From contig OX597833.1 of assembly GCA_951406725.2 (NCBI GenBank), forward strand, positions 49,538,001-49,602,000: 64,000 nt of DNA. The letters are read 5' to 3'. This DNA is from Octopus vulgaris (lineage: Eukaryota). The position numbers were made by a program, and so were the translations under genes. This document shows positions 25,997-40,088 of the stretch, one piece after another; within the stretch, counting starts at the first letter, position 1, and the number at the start of each line of letters is the position of its first letter. The notes under the pieces are model-generated. The model was given only the letters and a program-made list of their open reading frames with translations. It was not told the origin of the DNA and searched no databases.

Positions 25997-26930
25997 TTGT
26001 TCTTTTACCTGTTTCTGTCATTGGTCTACAACCATTTTGTGGCATTGTCATAAAGGGCTTGTTCAATCAAATCGACCCAAGTACTTATTTTTTGAAGTCA
26101 GATTACTTCTTACATCGATCGGTCAATTGACCCGAACAGCTAAAGTAAAGTTACCTTCTCGAGTCACGTCGACTCACAAGATCCAATTTCTTGGTTACAT
26201 GGCGTATATATTCCTTACTTACTTACACGGGGCGCCGATCCGTTGCAGGATTATTGATTTTTGCCAGCTGAGTGAAACGAAGTGTTTTGCTCAAGAACAC
26301 AACGCGTCGCCTTGTTCTTTTACCTAATTCTGTCATTGGACTACAACCATTTTGTGGCATTGCCATAAAAGGCTTGCTCAATCAAATTGATCCGAGTACT
26401 TATTTTTTGTAGTCAAATTACTTCTTACATCGATCGGTTGAGCCGAACCGCTGAAGTAAAGTTACCTTCTCGAGTCCCGTCGACTCACAAGGGCCGGTTT
26501 CTTAATTACATGGCGTATATATACCCTACTTTGACGGGCCGCCGATCCGTCGCAGAATTACTCAGTTTTGCCAGCTGAGTGGACTGGAGTAACGTTAAAC
26601 GAAGTGTTTTGCTCAAGAACACAACGCGTCGCCCGGTCTAGGAATCGAAACCACAATCTTACAATCATGAATCGAATACCCAAACCTCCAAGCCTCGTAC
26701 CTCCACAGCAGAACTGCTAGGTTACAGAGACTTAAACAAAACAGCTCCGGTTGTCAAGAGGTAGGATACAAGCACAATGAGATGCACACGCACATCCAAA
26801 TATACATACACACATATGACGGGCTTCCCCATAGTTTCTGGCAATCAAATTCACTCATAAAGCAATGATCAGTTCGGGAATATGTAAAATAGGTTTAACC
26901 AAAGTGCCACTCAGGGGGAAGAAAACAGAA
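25997..26930 (-). mobile_element. Old SINE A interrupted by a SINE E, with about 315-bp tandem duplication
   Basis: 25997-26311 is repeated at 26312-26632. SINE E head near 26630-26706; remainder of SINE A at about 26710-26930. Confidence 0.7.
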
Positions 26931-26940
26931 ACCTCGTGTA

Positions 26941-27396
26941 GATCTTTTCGGTTTGAATGACAGTTTTTTAAAATAATGACCACGTAACTAAACACTTTTA
27001 AACTTCGTATACTGGTAGAATGTGTTTATAAAACATCTTTTTTTTTTCTTGGCTTTATTGAAAAGATTCTATAGTTTGTAAGATATTTGTTTTTTTTCTT
27101 TTCTTCAATCTCTGCAATTTCAAGCAATCAATGAAGTCTATTTTAGGTGAAAACATTCTGTGCCGTATGAATATGTCCCTCGTTTAAGAAACAGATTGGG
27201 TTTATTTACATTTGTAAAGAAAAAAAGATACCCTTCCCCCCACCCCTAACCCTAACCCTAATCCTAACTAACCCTAACTCTAACCCTAACCCTAAAATAG
27301 ATTGAAATGCAATAGATCGATACTAGGGTCATAATTATGGGTGACAATTTCATATGACACCGCTAGAAAAAACTGCCATTCAAACCGAAAAGATCC
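26941..27396. mobile_element. TIR element with internal (CCCTAA)n, copy 2
   Basis: Reverse-complement homologue of 4508-4935; telomere-like tract at 27244-27295. Confidence 0.85.
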
Positions 27397-28144
27397 ACTC
27401 CGTGTTTATGACGCTAACTTATTAACAATAAGTTAAAGAAAACTCGTTGAAAACCTGTAAAAACGTTGAATTTAGATAAAGAATGTTCTTTTGGTTTATT
27501 TGATGATTATATGTTTTCAAAGTTATGACTGCAAATATGCAGACGTTTACAGGAAAGAAACTAGTAACTTAAATACGATACCAAACATGCAGCCATGAGT
27601 GTGCTCAAATTATTTTGCAAAACTCCCAACCACACACTAAAACGCTACACACACACACGTAACATAGTAACACACCCCTCTACACATACATACATAACTT
27701 ATTTCACTCCCTTAATCGTCAGCCATTTCACATTCTTTCCGCATATTTCCATCTAATTTCTCTCTTTTGATTATAAAGTGCCAGTACAGTCGTCTGTTTT
27801 GTTCGTTTAATTGCCGTGCAGTAATTCGCATAACGTTCTTATTCCTTTCTTCGGGAGGAGTAACGTCAATCCTTAAATATTAACAAAAATTAAGTCGATT
27901 AAGATGATTATTTTGAACTTGTAGAAAACACACGAAGTGTCGAAAAATTCTTCATTCAATAACAGTCGCACTCTTCTTATTATTCCTTAATGATAATAAT
28001 AATAATAATACTAATAATAATGATAATAATAATAATAATAATAATAATAATTATAATAATAATAATAATAATAATAATGATAATAATAATAATAATCCCT
28101 TTTACTATAGGTACAAGGCGGGGTTAGTCGATTTTATAATTCAA

Positions 28145-28312
28145 TAGTTTTATTTGTGTCTCTCTTCACCCCTTTCCTCTGTCACATGCCTTTGTAAATG
28201 GACAATTTGGTCCGTATATTTTTATGGCCTACCAATGTATACAATACGTTTGTCTGCCCTATGTGAAGAGGAAGAACATTCGGCAAAAAATGGAAACAGA
28301 ATTGAAAGATGA
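28145..28312 (+). mobile_element. 3' UTR remnant of the R4/Dong-like element, next to (AAT)n
   Basis: atggcctaccaatgtatac..tgcccta..ggaaga..tcggcaa.aaatggaaaca.a.ttgaaaga matches 33600-33685. Confidence 0.7.
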
Positions 28313-28340
28313 TAATAATAACAACAACAACAACAACAAC

Positions 28341-28415
<75 letters not shown>

Positions 28416-28649
28416 TGGTCGCTCCCATCAATTCCGACATATGAATATTTAAAGGAGAAGATTTTTTTAAAAAAAGGGAGAAAAAGAGAAAACTGTTAAA
28501 AATGAAAGAACAGAAGAAGCCGCATCTATTTGCGATGGATGCGCGAATAATTTGAGTCCAGGTATGAATTTTGCCATGAAGTCACAATGAAGACACTGAT
28601 GAGTTTGATTGTGCCTAAGATTGGACAAATGTGTCTGTTATGTAATTTA

Positions 28650-29045
28650 TCTTTATATATAAAAGTGAAGTTGTGTGTCTGTCCCCTACGATTTAGATTC
28701 CTAGCTACTCCCACATTTTGCGGTGCAGTTTAACCAAAAGCGGGTATCTTATAGTCGTGATTCATATCGAGCCCTTCTGGGTATTAGCGCGCGTCTACGA
28801 TGAGTCTACGATTTAAAAAAAAATTACCATAATTTGTTTTCATTTTAATGCATTTTTTCGCTATTATATAAGGGAAGTAACTCTCTAAAAATGTCTACGA
28901 TGAGTCAACGATTTAAAAAAAAATTTACCATCATTTTTTTCCATTTTTAATGCATTTTTTTGCTATTTTTTGGCTATAACTCTCTAAAAATGCTTATATA
29001 GTTATTTCCCTTACAAACCCGAGCAACGCCGGGTGATACTGCTAG
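28650..29045 (+). mobile_element. Non-autonomous Helitron
   Basis: A|TCTTTATATATAAAAG...cccgagcaacgccgggtgatactgCTAG|T, with an internal roughly 100-bp duplication (tctacgatgagtc.acgatttaaaaaaaaa). Confidence 0.85.
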
Positions 29046-29214
29046 TTATATATAAATAATGTGTCTGTTATATAATTATATAATGCATGATATAATTCTT
29101 TTATTGTTCAGTTTATTCAACTCAAATTGTTTTGATGCATCATGACACATTTTACAACATGCAGATCGATCTAGGAAATGATTTGTTAAGTTGAAATCTA
29201 GGGATTTCAGAGAT

Positions 29215-29340
29215 TGCTTCTACTTAACCGTATACCTAAAGACAAGTCTTCCTTTACCGCGCTATCCCCCTACTTGTTGGCCATACAATAGTATTTTTGG
29301 AATGCGACCATCTTCCATTCGAACAACATGTCCTATCCTG
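29215..29340 (-). pseudogene. RTE-clade LINE fragment
   Basis: Translates IGHVVRMEDGRIPKILLYGQQVGG*RGKGRL. Confidence 0.75.
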
Positions 29341-29755
29341 AACAAAAATCAGGTGAAACTACAGCGAGAGATGGCAAGCTGTAATAGCCATCCGTAATAA
29401 CTACGAAGTGAATCAGAATAAAAATGTACTACTACGAGAGAAAAAAATAGACGTAGGCATAGAAGGCCAACCCATTTCAAAACAGATACTAAAATGATGA
29501 AATTGAAATACCAAGCAGACAACAAACTGCAGGATAATAGTGCGTGGGATATTTTAGAATATCGTGTCAGATACAAAAATCATTCCAGAAAAGGGAATAA
29601 GAAAGGTAAGCCAAAACTTGCTTCCCGTCTGACTGAAGACTTGCGGCAACGCATATTTACTCTAAAACATCGGTTTCCAAACATTTTCGGGTTTACTTTT
29701 CTTATTCCCTTTTCTGGAAAGATTTTTGTATCTGAAACGATATTCTAAAATTTAA

Positions 29756-29790
<35 letters not shown>

Positions 29791-29794
<4 letters not shown>

Positions 29795-30190
29795 CAGGAG
29801 TTGCTGTGTGGTAAGTAGCTTGCTTACCAACCACATGGTTCCGGGTTCAGTCCCACTGCGTGGCATCTTGGGCAAGTGTCTTCTGCTATAGCCCCGGGCC
29901 GACCAATGCCTTGTGAGTGGATTTGGTAGACGGAAACTGAAAGAAGCCCGTCGTATATATGTATATATATGTATGCGTGTGTATATGTTTGTGTGTCTGT
30001 GTTTGTCCCCCTAGCATTGCTTGACAACCTATGCTGGTGTGTTTACATCCCCGTCACTTAGCGGTTCGGCAAAAGAGGCTGATACAATAAGTACTGGGCT
30101 TACAAAGAATAAGTCCCAGGGTCGATTTGCACGACTAAAGGCGGTGCTCCAGCATGGCCGCAGTCAAATGACTGAAACAAGTAAAAGAGT
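29791..30190 (+). mobile_element. SINE family A
   Basis: Full-length match to other copies. Confidence 0.9.
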
Positions 30191-30494
30191 ATATATATTT
30201 ATATGTATGCATGCATGTATGTTTATATGTATGTATGCATGTATGTATGTATGTATGCATGTATGTATGTATGCATGTATGTATGTATGTATGTATGTAT
30301 GTATGTATGTATGTATGTATGTATGTATGTATGTATGTATACATGCAGGACGTAAAAAATCGTGAATAAAATGATAAGCGAGAACACAAAAAGACAAAGA
30401 CGTGGAAAACCAACTTTTTTCCGACAACAAACGAAACAAATAGAGAAACGAGACAGGCAACATAAAGAACAATCCCTTCATCAGTTGTTAAGCC

Positions 30495-30603
<109 letters not shown>

Positions 30604-30614
30604 TGTATATATGC

Positions 30615-30654
<40 letters not shown>

Positions 30655-30805
30655 GAAGGGTTTCTCTAATTTTCCATCTCCCAAATCGACTCACAAGACT
30701 TCGGTCGGCCCGTGGCTATAAGACACTTGCAGAAGGTCTCACCGAGTGGGACTGAACCCTGAACCATGTAGTTGGGAAGCAAACTTCTTGCCACACAGCC
30801 ACGTG
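30655..30805 (-). mobile_element. SINE family A, 5' half
   Basis: gactcacaag..gtgggactgaaccc.gaaccatg..cttgccacacagccac. Confidence 0.7.
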
Positions 30806-30848
30806 CATATACATACATACATATGTATATACATACATATGTGCATAC

Positions 30849-30879
<31 letters not shown>

Positions 30880-31294
30880 CATCCATCCATACATACATAT
30901 ATACATCCATCCATCCATCCATCAATATATATATATACTTTTGCATATTTGAGAAAAGTTGCTGGAAATCAAATTAAGGCTGAAATATTTAATTTATTCT
31001 TGTCTTGTGCCTAGTCATCAACTCAACAACTTATCATTATTAAACGAAACTATTGAAAATTCGTGGAAATTATCCAAAATAATTTCCATGCTAGGAAACA
31101 TGGGAATGCTAAAAAATATATACACAAATAAAAATTACGAAAAATATTTTAAAATAAAATATAAACACATTTTATACATGCTATTCTGTGGACACAAATT
31201 CACAAAATCGGTAAATTTTGTTGATCAATTAATTACGGTGAAAACGTATGATTCTGGAAGACTATTTAATCGACAACCATTCTTATAGCTTATT

Positions 31295-31437
31295 AGAGAG
31301 ATCAGCAGATATTAAATTAATTTAACTGTCTTGATTGTTGACACCTGATAATTGAAGAATCGACTGCAATTTATTACCGAAAGTCAGTCATAGTTAACCC
31401 TACTTAAATACTTATTATTACTCAGGTAACAAAACAG
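31295..31437 (+). repeat. Unclassified 140-bp dispersed repeat (second copy 36130-36270)
   Basis: cagatattaa.ttaatttaactgtc..gattgttgac..ctgataattg..accgaaagtcag.catagttaacc is present in both places. Confidence 0.75.
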
Positions 31438-33065
31438 TTACATTCCTGCTATTGTCGTAGACTTTGTGAATAAGCCATTAGCGGAAATTAAAATTATCGA
31501 TCAATATCCAGCTGATAGTAAGCCATGCTGATAAGAGCTAATTTTTAACACGTGTGTTACTCTCGGGGGAAATATATTTTCCTTGGATAAAAATCAATAG
31601 ACGAAGAAAAACAGTGCTCGTAATTGTGACCCCTACCCCTCATTTTAACACAACAAAAAACACACAAAGGAGAAAAGAAGTCAGTATATAGTCATTCAAA
31701 CCTGTGAGAAATAGCAATCAAATCGCTGACAAATCACACCTTCTCATGATAAAGAAAAGGAGGACGCATTGGACAGAGTAGACCCTGATATATAAAAAAT
31801 CACAGCATCCCCTCAGTGATCAGTATGGTATATGTTACTTATCGTCACCAAACCACTAGTAATACAGGTAATATTTTTATACCCACTGAACCTGCACTTG
31901 CTTATTAATGTCTAAACAAAGAAGGCTTAAACATAATAGCCAATTTGATTCTTAGTGGTGCATTCTTCCTTTCTCTGAGAAAATGTAAAACCTATGTAAA
32001 GATAATTCTTTTCGTTTTTAGTTACTAAAAAGATTTTTAAAAACATTAATTTAAGTAATATTAAATAAAGAAATTATTGCTTTGATGTTTTCTTCAAAAT
32101 CTTCGCCAGTTAGTAAATATACATCCTCAAATAAAGCTGTATGGTTAAGAACTTTGATTTGCAACCAAACGCTTTTGGATACAACCCCACTTTAGAACAA
32201 CTTGGACAAAGTATTTTCTACTATCGCTTGGAGTTGAATAAATTCTTGAGTGGTATTTGGTAGACTTGATGAACGAAGATAGTGAGAAAGCCCATCGTGT
32301 ATGATATACATATATAGAAATATTAAATGAAATAGAGAAATACAATTGACAAACTAAAAATTTGTTTACATCATAATATAATATTATATACTATAAAAAA
32401 TATAATGTAACGTAACAAATTTAAAAAGGAACGCATATAAAGCCAACAATTTGTTTCGACTCATAGACACTAGTGAATTTATAAAAATTCCCATCTATGT
32501 ATTCAAGCCTCTTAAGGGCCTTGGTTAAAAAACAGACGAAATTCCATATAAGGACTGCCAAATTGCAAAAATACTGGTTCAAAAATACCCAAGTTTAGAA
32601 GCGAGAGCATTAATAATTCAAATATTTAATAAATACAGTAAAAAGAACAACAAAATTCAAATAGATAAAATAATTAAGGAAAGAAAATTTACAAGTCATA
32701 AAATGTTCTTATGGATCTCCAATAATATTAATCGAAAAGTATTTTAATCGAAAATAATCACTGGCCATTTTATAATATAATATCAATACCTATATAATAT
32801 GTAATATCTTTAAAATTTATGGTGGAGTAGGAAATATATTTTATTTAAAATTACAATATATTATGACGAAAAAAGATAAATAAATAAGGATTTCTTTAAT
32901 TCTGCTACTAAATTCAATAAAAAATACCTTAATCGATAATTCATTCTCCCAATATTTTACTACCAAATATGTCGATGTTAAACAGATATTACGATTATTA
33001 TAAAACCATATCAATTTTTAAACTATGATAATAATGATAATAATAACAACAACAACAATAATAGC

Positions 33066-33142
<77 letters not shown>

Positions 33143-33152
33143 GTAATAATAA

Positions 33153-33700
33153 GTGGAGTATAAATTAAGACATGACAGAGTTGGCCAACATCTACACTGG
33201 CTAATAAGTCGGCATTACAATATCAAAACTACCGACAAGTGGTATAATCACCACCCTGAAGCTGTAACTGAAGGAGAAAATGTAACGATTCTGTGGGACT
33301 TTCCAGTACATACAGACCGAACCATCAAAGCCAATAAACCAGATATTGTTGTGAAAGACAAAAACAATAAAGTTTGCTTATTGATCGACATGAGCATCCC
33401 CTGTGATTATAATATCTCGGCGAAAGAGTTTGACAAGCTAATGATCCCTGGCTTACCATCCCTGCAAGAAGTGCAAAAGATTGTCTTAACTGGTACATCA
33501 CACGTATTGAGAAGAGCATTGTCGCTGTAAGAGCTGTTACTGCCCATGTATTTTAATTTAACCTTAAAAAAAAAATGAACGAACTATTGAGTTTGGTTTA
33601 ATGGCCTACCGATGTATACTATGAGTTTCTTTGCCCTAGGAGTCGGGAAGACGCTCGGCAAGAAATGGAAACAAATTTGAAAGAAGAAGAAAAAAACAAG
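33153..33700 (+). pseudogene. R4/Dong-type non-LTR retrotransposon 3' end (restriction-like endonuclease) within (AAT)n
   Basis: Y..RHDRVG..LHW, ILWDFPV.TDRTIKANKPDIVV, CLLID.SIP, KEFDKL, then QKIVLTGTSHVLRRAL. (AAT)n on both flanks. Confidence 0.88.
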
Positions 33701-33702
33701 CA

Positions 33703-33795
<93 letters not shown>

Positions 33796-34589
33796 TATGT
33801 ATATATATGGATATAACTATGTAAACACATAGAAACAAGTCACAGAAATAAGCCCTGTGGTACCTATATGTCGCGAGCAGACACGGGCATAATCTCGGCT
33901 GTTCCACCATTCACCCATTAGAGCACGGAAGACATGGTAGCTGTTGCGGATAGAAGAATGCATCAGCAACGTGAATTGAATTACATTTTCCCAGACATAA
34001 CGCGCCGTCCGATCTCAGAATCGATCTTATGATCGTAAGCTCAATATCGAACTCAACAGGAATCAGTTTCAGTTTGTTACTGAATGTCAGCATAATTAAC
34101 CTGATTATTAAACACGTATTATTACTCATAATGCGACGTTACTGAGCCAGTATAGTTATTGTTAAATTTTCTGAAAACAGTTCGTTATTGTTACCCTAGC
34201 AATACAGATAATGTAAGATTTCATGGTATTGTAGGTCCTAACACATCTCATTTGTGAGAGTATGTGGAGAAATATGAGAAACAGCAGGATAGCTTGTCGA
34301 TAAATCAATATAGCTGTGCCAGGCTTTACCAACCATTATAAATTATACATACGATACGAAGTTTCGATTTCGACATTAAGAAAATAAAGCAGAAATAATA
34401 CACGCAAAAAGGATGAAGGCTATAAGAAGAAAACTTGAAGAAGAAGCTGAAGTCGCAAATATATTCATAAGAATGAATGGTGCCGAGATGATTCAGTTGA
34501 ACGTACCGTGTGATAAGTCTTTCGATGTCTCATACATATATACATTACACATACACGCATGCATATATATATATATATATATATATATA

Positions 34590-34776
34590 GGGAGAATTCA
34601 CAAAAAAATAACAAAAGACAAAGACAGGTGGTGTAGACAACAAACAGAAGTATTAGTATAACGCTCGGGAAGTTAAAAAGTCTTTAACGTTTCGAGTCTA
34701 CGCTCTTCCACAGAAAGGAACACGGAAAGAAACAAGGAGAGAAAATAAAGAATGTGCAGTGGCTAGCGATATACCA

Positions 34777-34777
<1 letters not shown>
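34590..34777 (-). mobile_element. Family F repeat with hammerhead-like motif
   Basis: Minus strand cttt-CTGTGGA-a-gagc-gtag-actc-GAAA-cg-TT-aaag at 34682-34717; (TA)n on both sides. Confidence 0.7.
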
Positions 34778-34815
<38 letters not shown>

Positions 34816-37128
34816 TATAGAGAGATATATACACGCCCGCGCGCCCCAACATAATATGTACCTGTCCTTAAATATCTCAATCGTATAACGTGGAGAAAAA
34901 CTTAAATCCTGGTCGAAAAGTTGGGTCCTATTGGAAGTTATAAAAAGACCAGGAATCTGACGCGCTCACTGTCGTTCTCATTTGGCATTCACCTCAGTTC
35001 TGCCAGCTAGAACTAAAACATTTGAACTGTTCACCGTTGTATGTAACAGATTCTTGGTTATCATCGAAGCTGTATATAAATTAATGTTATCATAGCTGGT
35101 ATATTGTCCGTTTCTGTTTACTAAGATTATTACTAGTAGATACTTTCATTGAACCGACCAGAATACTTGGTAGTATCTTTCTATGCTGTGATTACTAGTC
35201 CTGCCATTCTAGGCTGCACTCTCGATGATTATTAATAAGCTTCATCACGGGGACCTTTCTAAGCAGTGTCACTGGTTAATACAGCATCCGTTTAAGACTG
35301 TATGGTGAGAAAAGTGTTTGTTGAAGAAATGGTCTGACTTGATGACTCATCCGAACAGTGGTGATCTAGGTTCGTCTTTTGATGAGAGTGTGTCTGAGTG
35401 AAAGAACAAGAACGGGTCGTGGGGTCCTTTTCATAGGTTCGAAATAAGATGGCCTAAGTAACCTTGTTGATGCCGGTATATGTTAATCGGTTGTAGACAA
35501 AAGCAGTTTGATAGTTTGTTGTAACTACATTTGAGTGACTAGAATACCAGGAATATATAGCAATATGAAGCGTTTCCTCCAAGAACATCCTAATTTGCTG
35601 TGTGTGTTTATATTGCTAACGCATTCCAGTTGCTAACTAGTTGCCATTACAACAGAAAATCTATTACTTTTATGTTGCAGTTGTTATTAAAGTTCACTTG
35701 TTCTTATGTTGCTAAGGCTTCTTAGTTGCTATGGCAGTTAATTAACGCCTACAGCCCAATTTATTATCGAGTAATATTGAATTTCTATGAATATCAAATT
35801 GATTTTTTTTTTAAGTACATGAAAGATCAGTGCCATATAGTATAATAATTTTATGACTGCCCTGCCACGTTTAGAACGAAAAGCGTACGTTATGACAGCA
35901 TCAATGTGTATTGGTATTTGCAATATATCGGAACACAGTAGAAATTGAACCATGAGTCTGATGTGCTGTCAGGTCGTGTGATATTGATTATTATTCAGTC
36001 ATTATGTCTATTTCGAATCGTTTCGTTTCTAATAGGATTCTTCGTCCATAACAAGCCATTCATCAATTTCTGAAAGGCTGCTACAGCCATCAATTCTCAT
36101 AAACGCTATTTAATGTCAGTTTACTGCGAGGGCACCAGATATTAAGTTAATTTAACTGTCCGGATTGTTGACGTCTGATAATTGGGGAATCAGCTTCAAT
36201 TTGTTACCGAAAGTCAGCCATAGTTAACCTGTTTAAATACCTATTATTACTGACTCACGTAACAAAACTATAACTGTATAGACTAAATTAAAAGTAGCGA
36301 TGTCAACAATGATAATAGTATGTTTTAAGCCAAGATTTGAAAATGCCAAAAATACGTATAATTTCAAAGGGGGGAATTACGTCAATGCAAGGAAGTCAAA
36401 GTATTTTCTTCAGATGGGACATTAATTATGAAATAACAGGAATTTTCTTCAGAAATATCAATGTTAAGTGCAAAGTGCAGAAACAGGCTTCTTTTTTCTT
36501 TTTTAAGCAGATGTCGAAGTGATATCTTCTCCCTGCCTATAAATTCATGGGGTTAAAAAGCCAAAGCTCTTCTGAAAATTCAAAGCATTAATGCGGCTGA
36601 GATTACCAGAGTCCTCACAAAACGGAACGATAATCCGTCGCAGGGTTAACACCTGACTACTGTAGGTACTCATTTTCTGCAGAGTAGACTTCAGCAATGT
36701 AAAAGGCATTGCTCACGAACACAACGCACTACCTTATCCCTGACTCGAACCTACAGCCCAAATATGGTAGAGCCCAACACCTGCCTACTTGACCATGTAC
36801 CTTGACTGTCGAAATGACGCAAGTCTTAAAATACTGCAGACTACAGTCTGTTTCTGCCTACTATGCAATTTATGATGTAATACTACATATCTTTCGTTAC
36901 AACCGAATCACCAGATTTATTCGGAATTTGTATATATACTCTATACTCTATTCAGATATATATAATACCAAGAGAAAATCGGGGTGGGGGGCGAAACTAT
37001 GTTTAGTCCCTGATAGAAAGTTGGACGAGTATGGATATTTACTAGTAGTTTTAAAGTAAGCTGTTACGTAGTCTTATTTATACATGCGTACATACATACA
37101 TATATGTATATGTGTGTATATGTGTTTG

Positions 37129-37163
<35 letters not shown>

Positions 37164-37291
37164 ATACATCTCTATATGTATATGAAGATATACAAATAGG
37201 TGTGTGTGTATGCACGTGAATATATATTTGCATACGGATGTATAAAGTGCGTGTATATGCTCGTATATACATATATGCATATTATAGGTGC

Positions 37292-37338
<47 letters not shown>

Positions 37339-38034
37339 GTGCATATGTATATATATATGAATGTGTGTTTATGTATGTATATATATATATATATGATTGT
37401 AATTTCAATAACAGTAGGAACACCCTCTCACCTTCCCCCTCACACTCTCACCCCGTTTCTCTCTCCTCTTTTTTCCCTTTTTCTCTCTCTTGTTTGCGGT
37501 TCCTTTGACCCTAGAAACCTCCTCGCTATTAGGGCAATACGAAAGACTTTCACTCTCTGTTGATATACAGAAATTATTGGAAGCATTCTGTGAAGCTTCT
37601 CACGACACCATTTTCTTATTCCCATAGCTGCTTCTAAATCAACGTTCTTGTTTATTCCTTTATATTTTCCTTATTTATTAAACCATTCATTTTTAATTAT
37701 CAAACTTAAACATCTTTAATTTCATCGGCGCTAAAATTTCTATTACTTCATTTTGTAAACATGAAATCCAAGCCCCTTAATTTTTCTTAAGAAACGCTCT
37801 GTTGCTGCCATGTTATAAAAGCCATAATTTCTTTAAGTTTTTCTTTTTGTTTGACTTTAGTACAATTGATTTTTGTTGTTTTTTGGAGAGCGAGGAATCA
37901 AACACAGTGTAAACAATCCCAATTTTTTCGCACGAAATCTGAATTTGGCCTCTTTCTCTTTCAAACGCATACACACATACGTTCGGATACATTCATATAT
38001 ATCCGAACATATGAACGTCTACATACGTGTATAT

Positions 38035-38066
<32 letters not shown>

Positions 38067-38257
38067 GCACATATACACATACATCTCTTTTTTTTCTCTC
38101 TGTCTCCCACTCTCTTTATATATACATATATATATATACATATATACATATACATATTTATCTGCAAATGTAAATAAATATGTATATTATTTATGTATAC
38201 ATATATAATGTATGTATATATGTATGTGTATATCTGTATATATAAATATATAGGAAT

Positions 38258-38445
38258 GTGATAGATCGCTAGCCACTACACATTCTTTATTTTCTGTCCT
38301 TGTTTCTTTCTGTGTTCCTTTCTGTGGAAGAGCGTAGGTTCGAAACGTTAAAGACTTTTCACTTCCCGAGCGTGATACTAATACATCTGTTTGTTGTCTA
38401 CACCACCTGTTATCGTCTTTTTTTTCCTTTTTGTGAATTCTCCTT
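38258..38445 (+). mobile_element. Family F repeat with hammerhead-like motif
   Basis: cttt-CTGTGGA-a-gagc-gtag-gttc-GAAA-cg-TT-aaag at 38318-38353. Confidence 0.7.
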
Positions 38446-39931
38446 ATATATGTATATACATGTATAAACATGTATGTATGTAAATATATACACATATACA
38501 TATATATATGTGTGTGTTTGTGTAGACGCTCATGTAATTACATCGAAAATGCTTCAGACTTTTCTGCATCGTTTGTATGCATGAAACGTTTGCCCATCTT
38601 CCTATCACCCACACTCATCAGTGGGGGCAAAAAAAAATAGGCATTTATAAACATACTCCAAATCGATTTCTTTTGTTAAAAATGACACGTTCCCCCGATT
38701 CACAGCATCAAGCACCTAACAAACAAACACACAAACAAGCAAACAAACATACAAACAAACAAAAAATACCTTGATAAGCTAAATATTATTCTACACTTAT
38801 AGATTCTCCATTAGCTTTTACATAGCGTGGCCCTAGTTTCTAATAAAGACATTATGGGCTTCTCTTTTCAATACATTATTTGCTTTACTTGGGAACTCTG
38901 TTAGCTCGCTGATCGATGTTATTGATCTTCGAATGAATGGTACACTTGGCGCTCGTCATTTTTGCTTTTCTTTTTTTATCTCGGCATCTGTACTCTTTGT
39001 TTAGTTATTGAGTGAGCGATTTAACCTTTCGCATTCAACTTCACCACGTTTCGTTCTTTATTGAAAGTATTTTATATTTAAGCAAACTGAATGAAAAGAA
39101 AACTGAAATAATAATGATAATAATAATGATGATGATAATAATAATAATAATGACCCCATAAATAAAACAAAAACTGCAAGGAATGTAGAGAAGAAAGAAC
39201 GGTCTTATCATTGATTCGGTAACATTTCATTCATAAAAGAACCCCTGCGCGCACACACACACGCACACATCTCCAGAGTCACACAATCTACGTGATAATG
39301 CGTAATAATTATATGTGTGTGTGCGTGTTTGTGTGTGTGTGTGTGTGTGTATGGGTGTGCATGTGTGTTTGTGTACGTAAATAAATATATAAATGTAAAT
39401 AAATAAACAAATAAAGATTTATATATTTATCTCAAAGACTGGCACAAGCTTATTTAGAAATTTGGCAACTTGGAATGGAAAAATAGATGTATATATAAAC
39501 TTATGCCTACGATATCCTAATTGAAATACACACATTTAGATATATGTATTGAAGCATATGTTAACCGAAACTGTAAAACGAAAATAGAGTGTTTGCGCGT
39601 TGTCTTCCAAAATATTAAACACATTAATCTATATCAAATTTTTTGCCAATGACTTTTGATTCGGAGTGTGTTATTTAAATGACACTTCAAAATCAATAGT
39701 TGCACATATTATTGCATAATACTGCAAAATTGATGAGATGGAATTTAGATGAAACACTTGTCAATTGATGCAATGCATTTAGAAGAGTTACTCTTTTTCC
39801 TTCTTTGTGTACATAAATACATACATACGTACGTCCGTACACACATGCATTTATATATATATATGTATATGCACACACATACACACGCACACATATATAC
39901 ATGTATGTCTCTCTCTCTCTCTCTCTCTCTC

Positions 39932-39995
<64 letters not shown>

Positions 39996-40088
39996 AGTTC
40001 AGCAATTTAGATTCAGATGAATACGGTACTTAAGTTAAAGGCACCAGAATTTGGTATGCTATTATCCATATAAATCAAATGGGGTGAT

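Noticed and set aside
27244-27295. Telomere or chromosome-fusion scar
   Set aside because: The CCCTAA tract is internal to a TIR element that has a second copy in the window.
35000-35520. Very degenerate LINE-like coding remnant on the minus strand (QQGYLGHLI)
   Set aside because: Only one short motif; too decayed to call.
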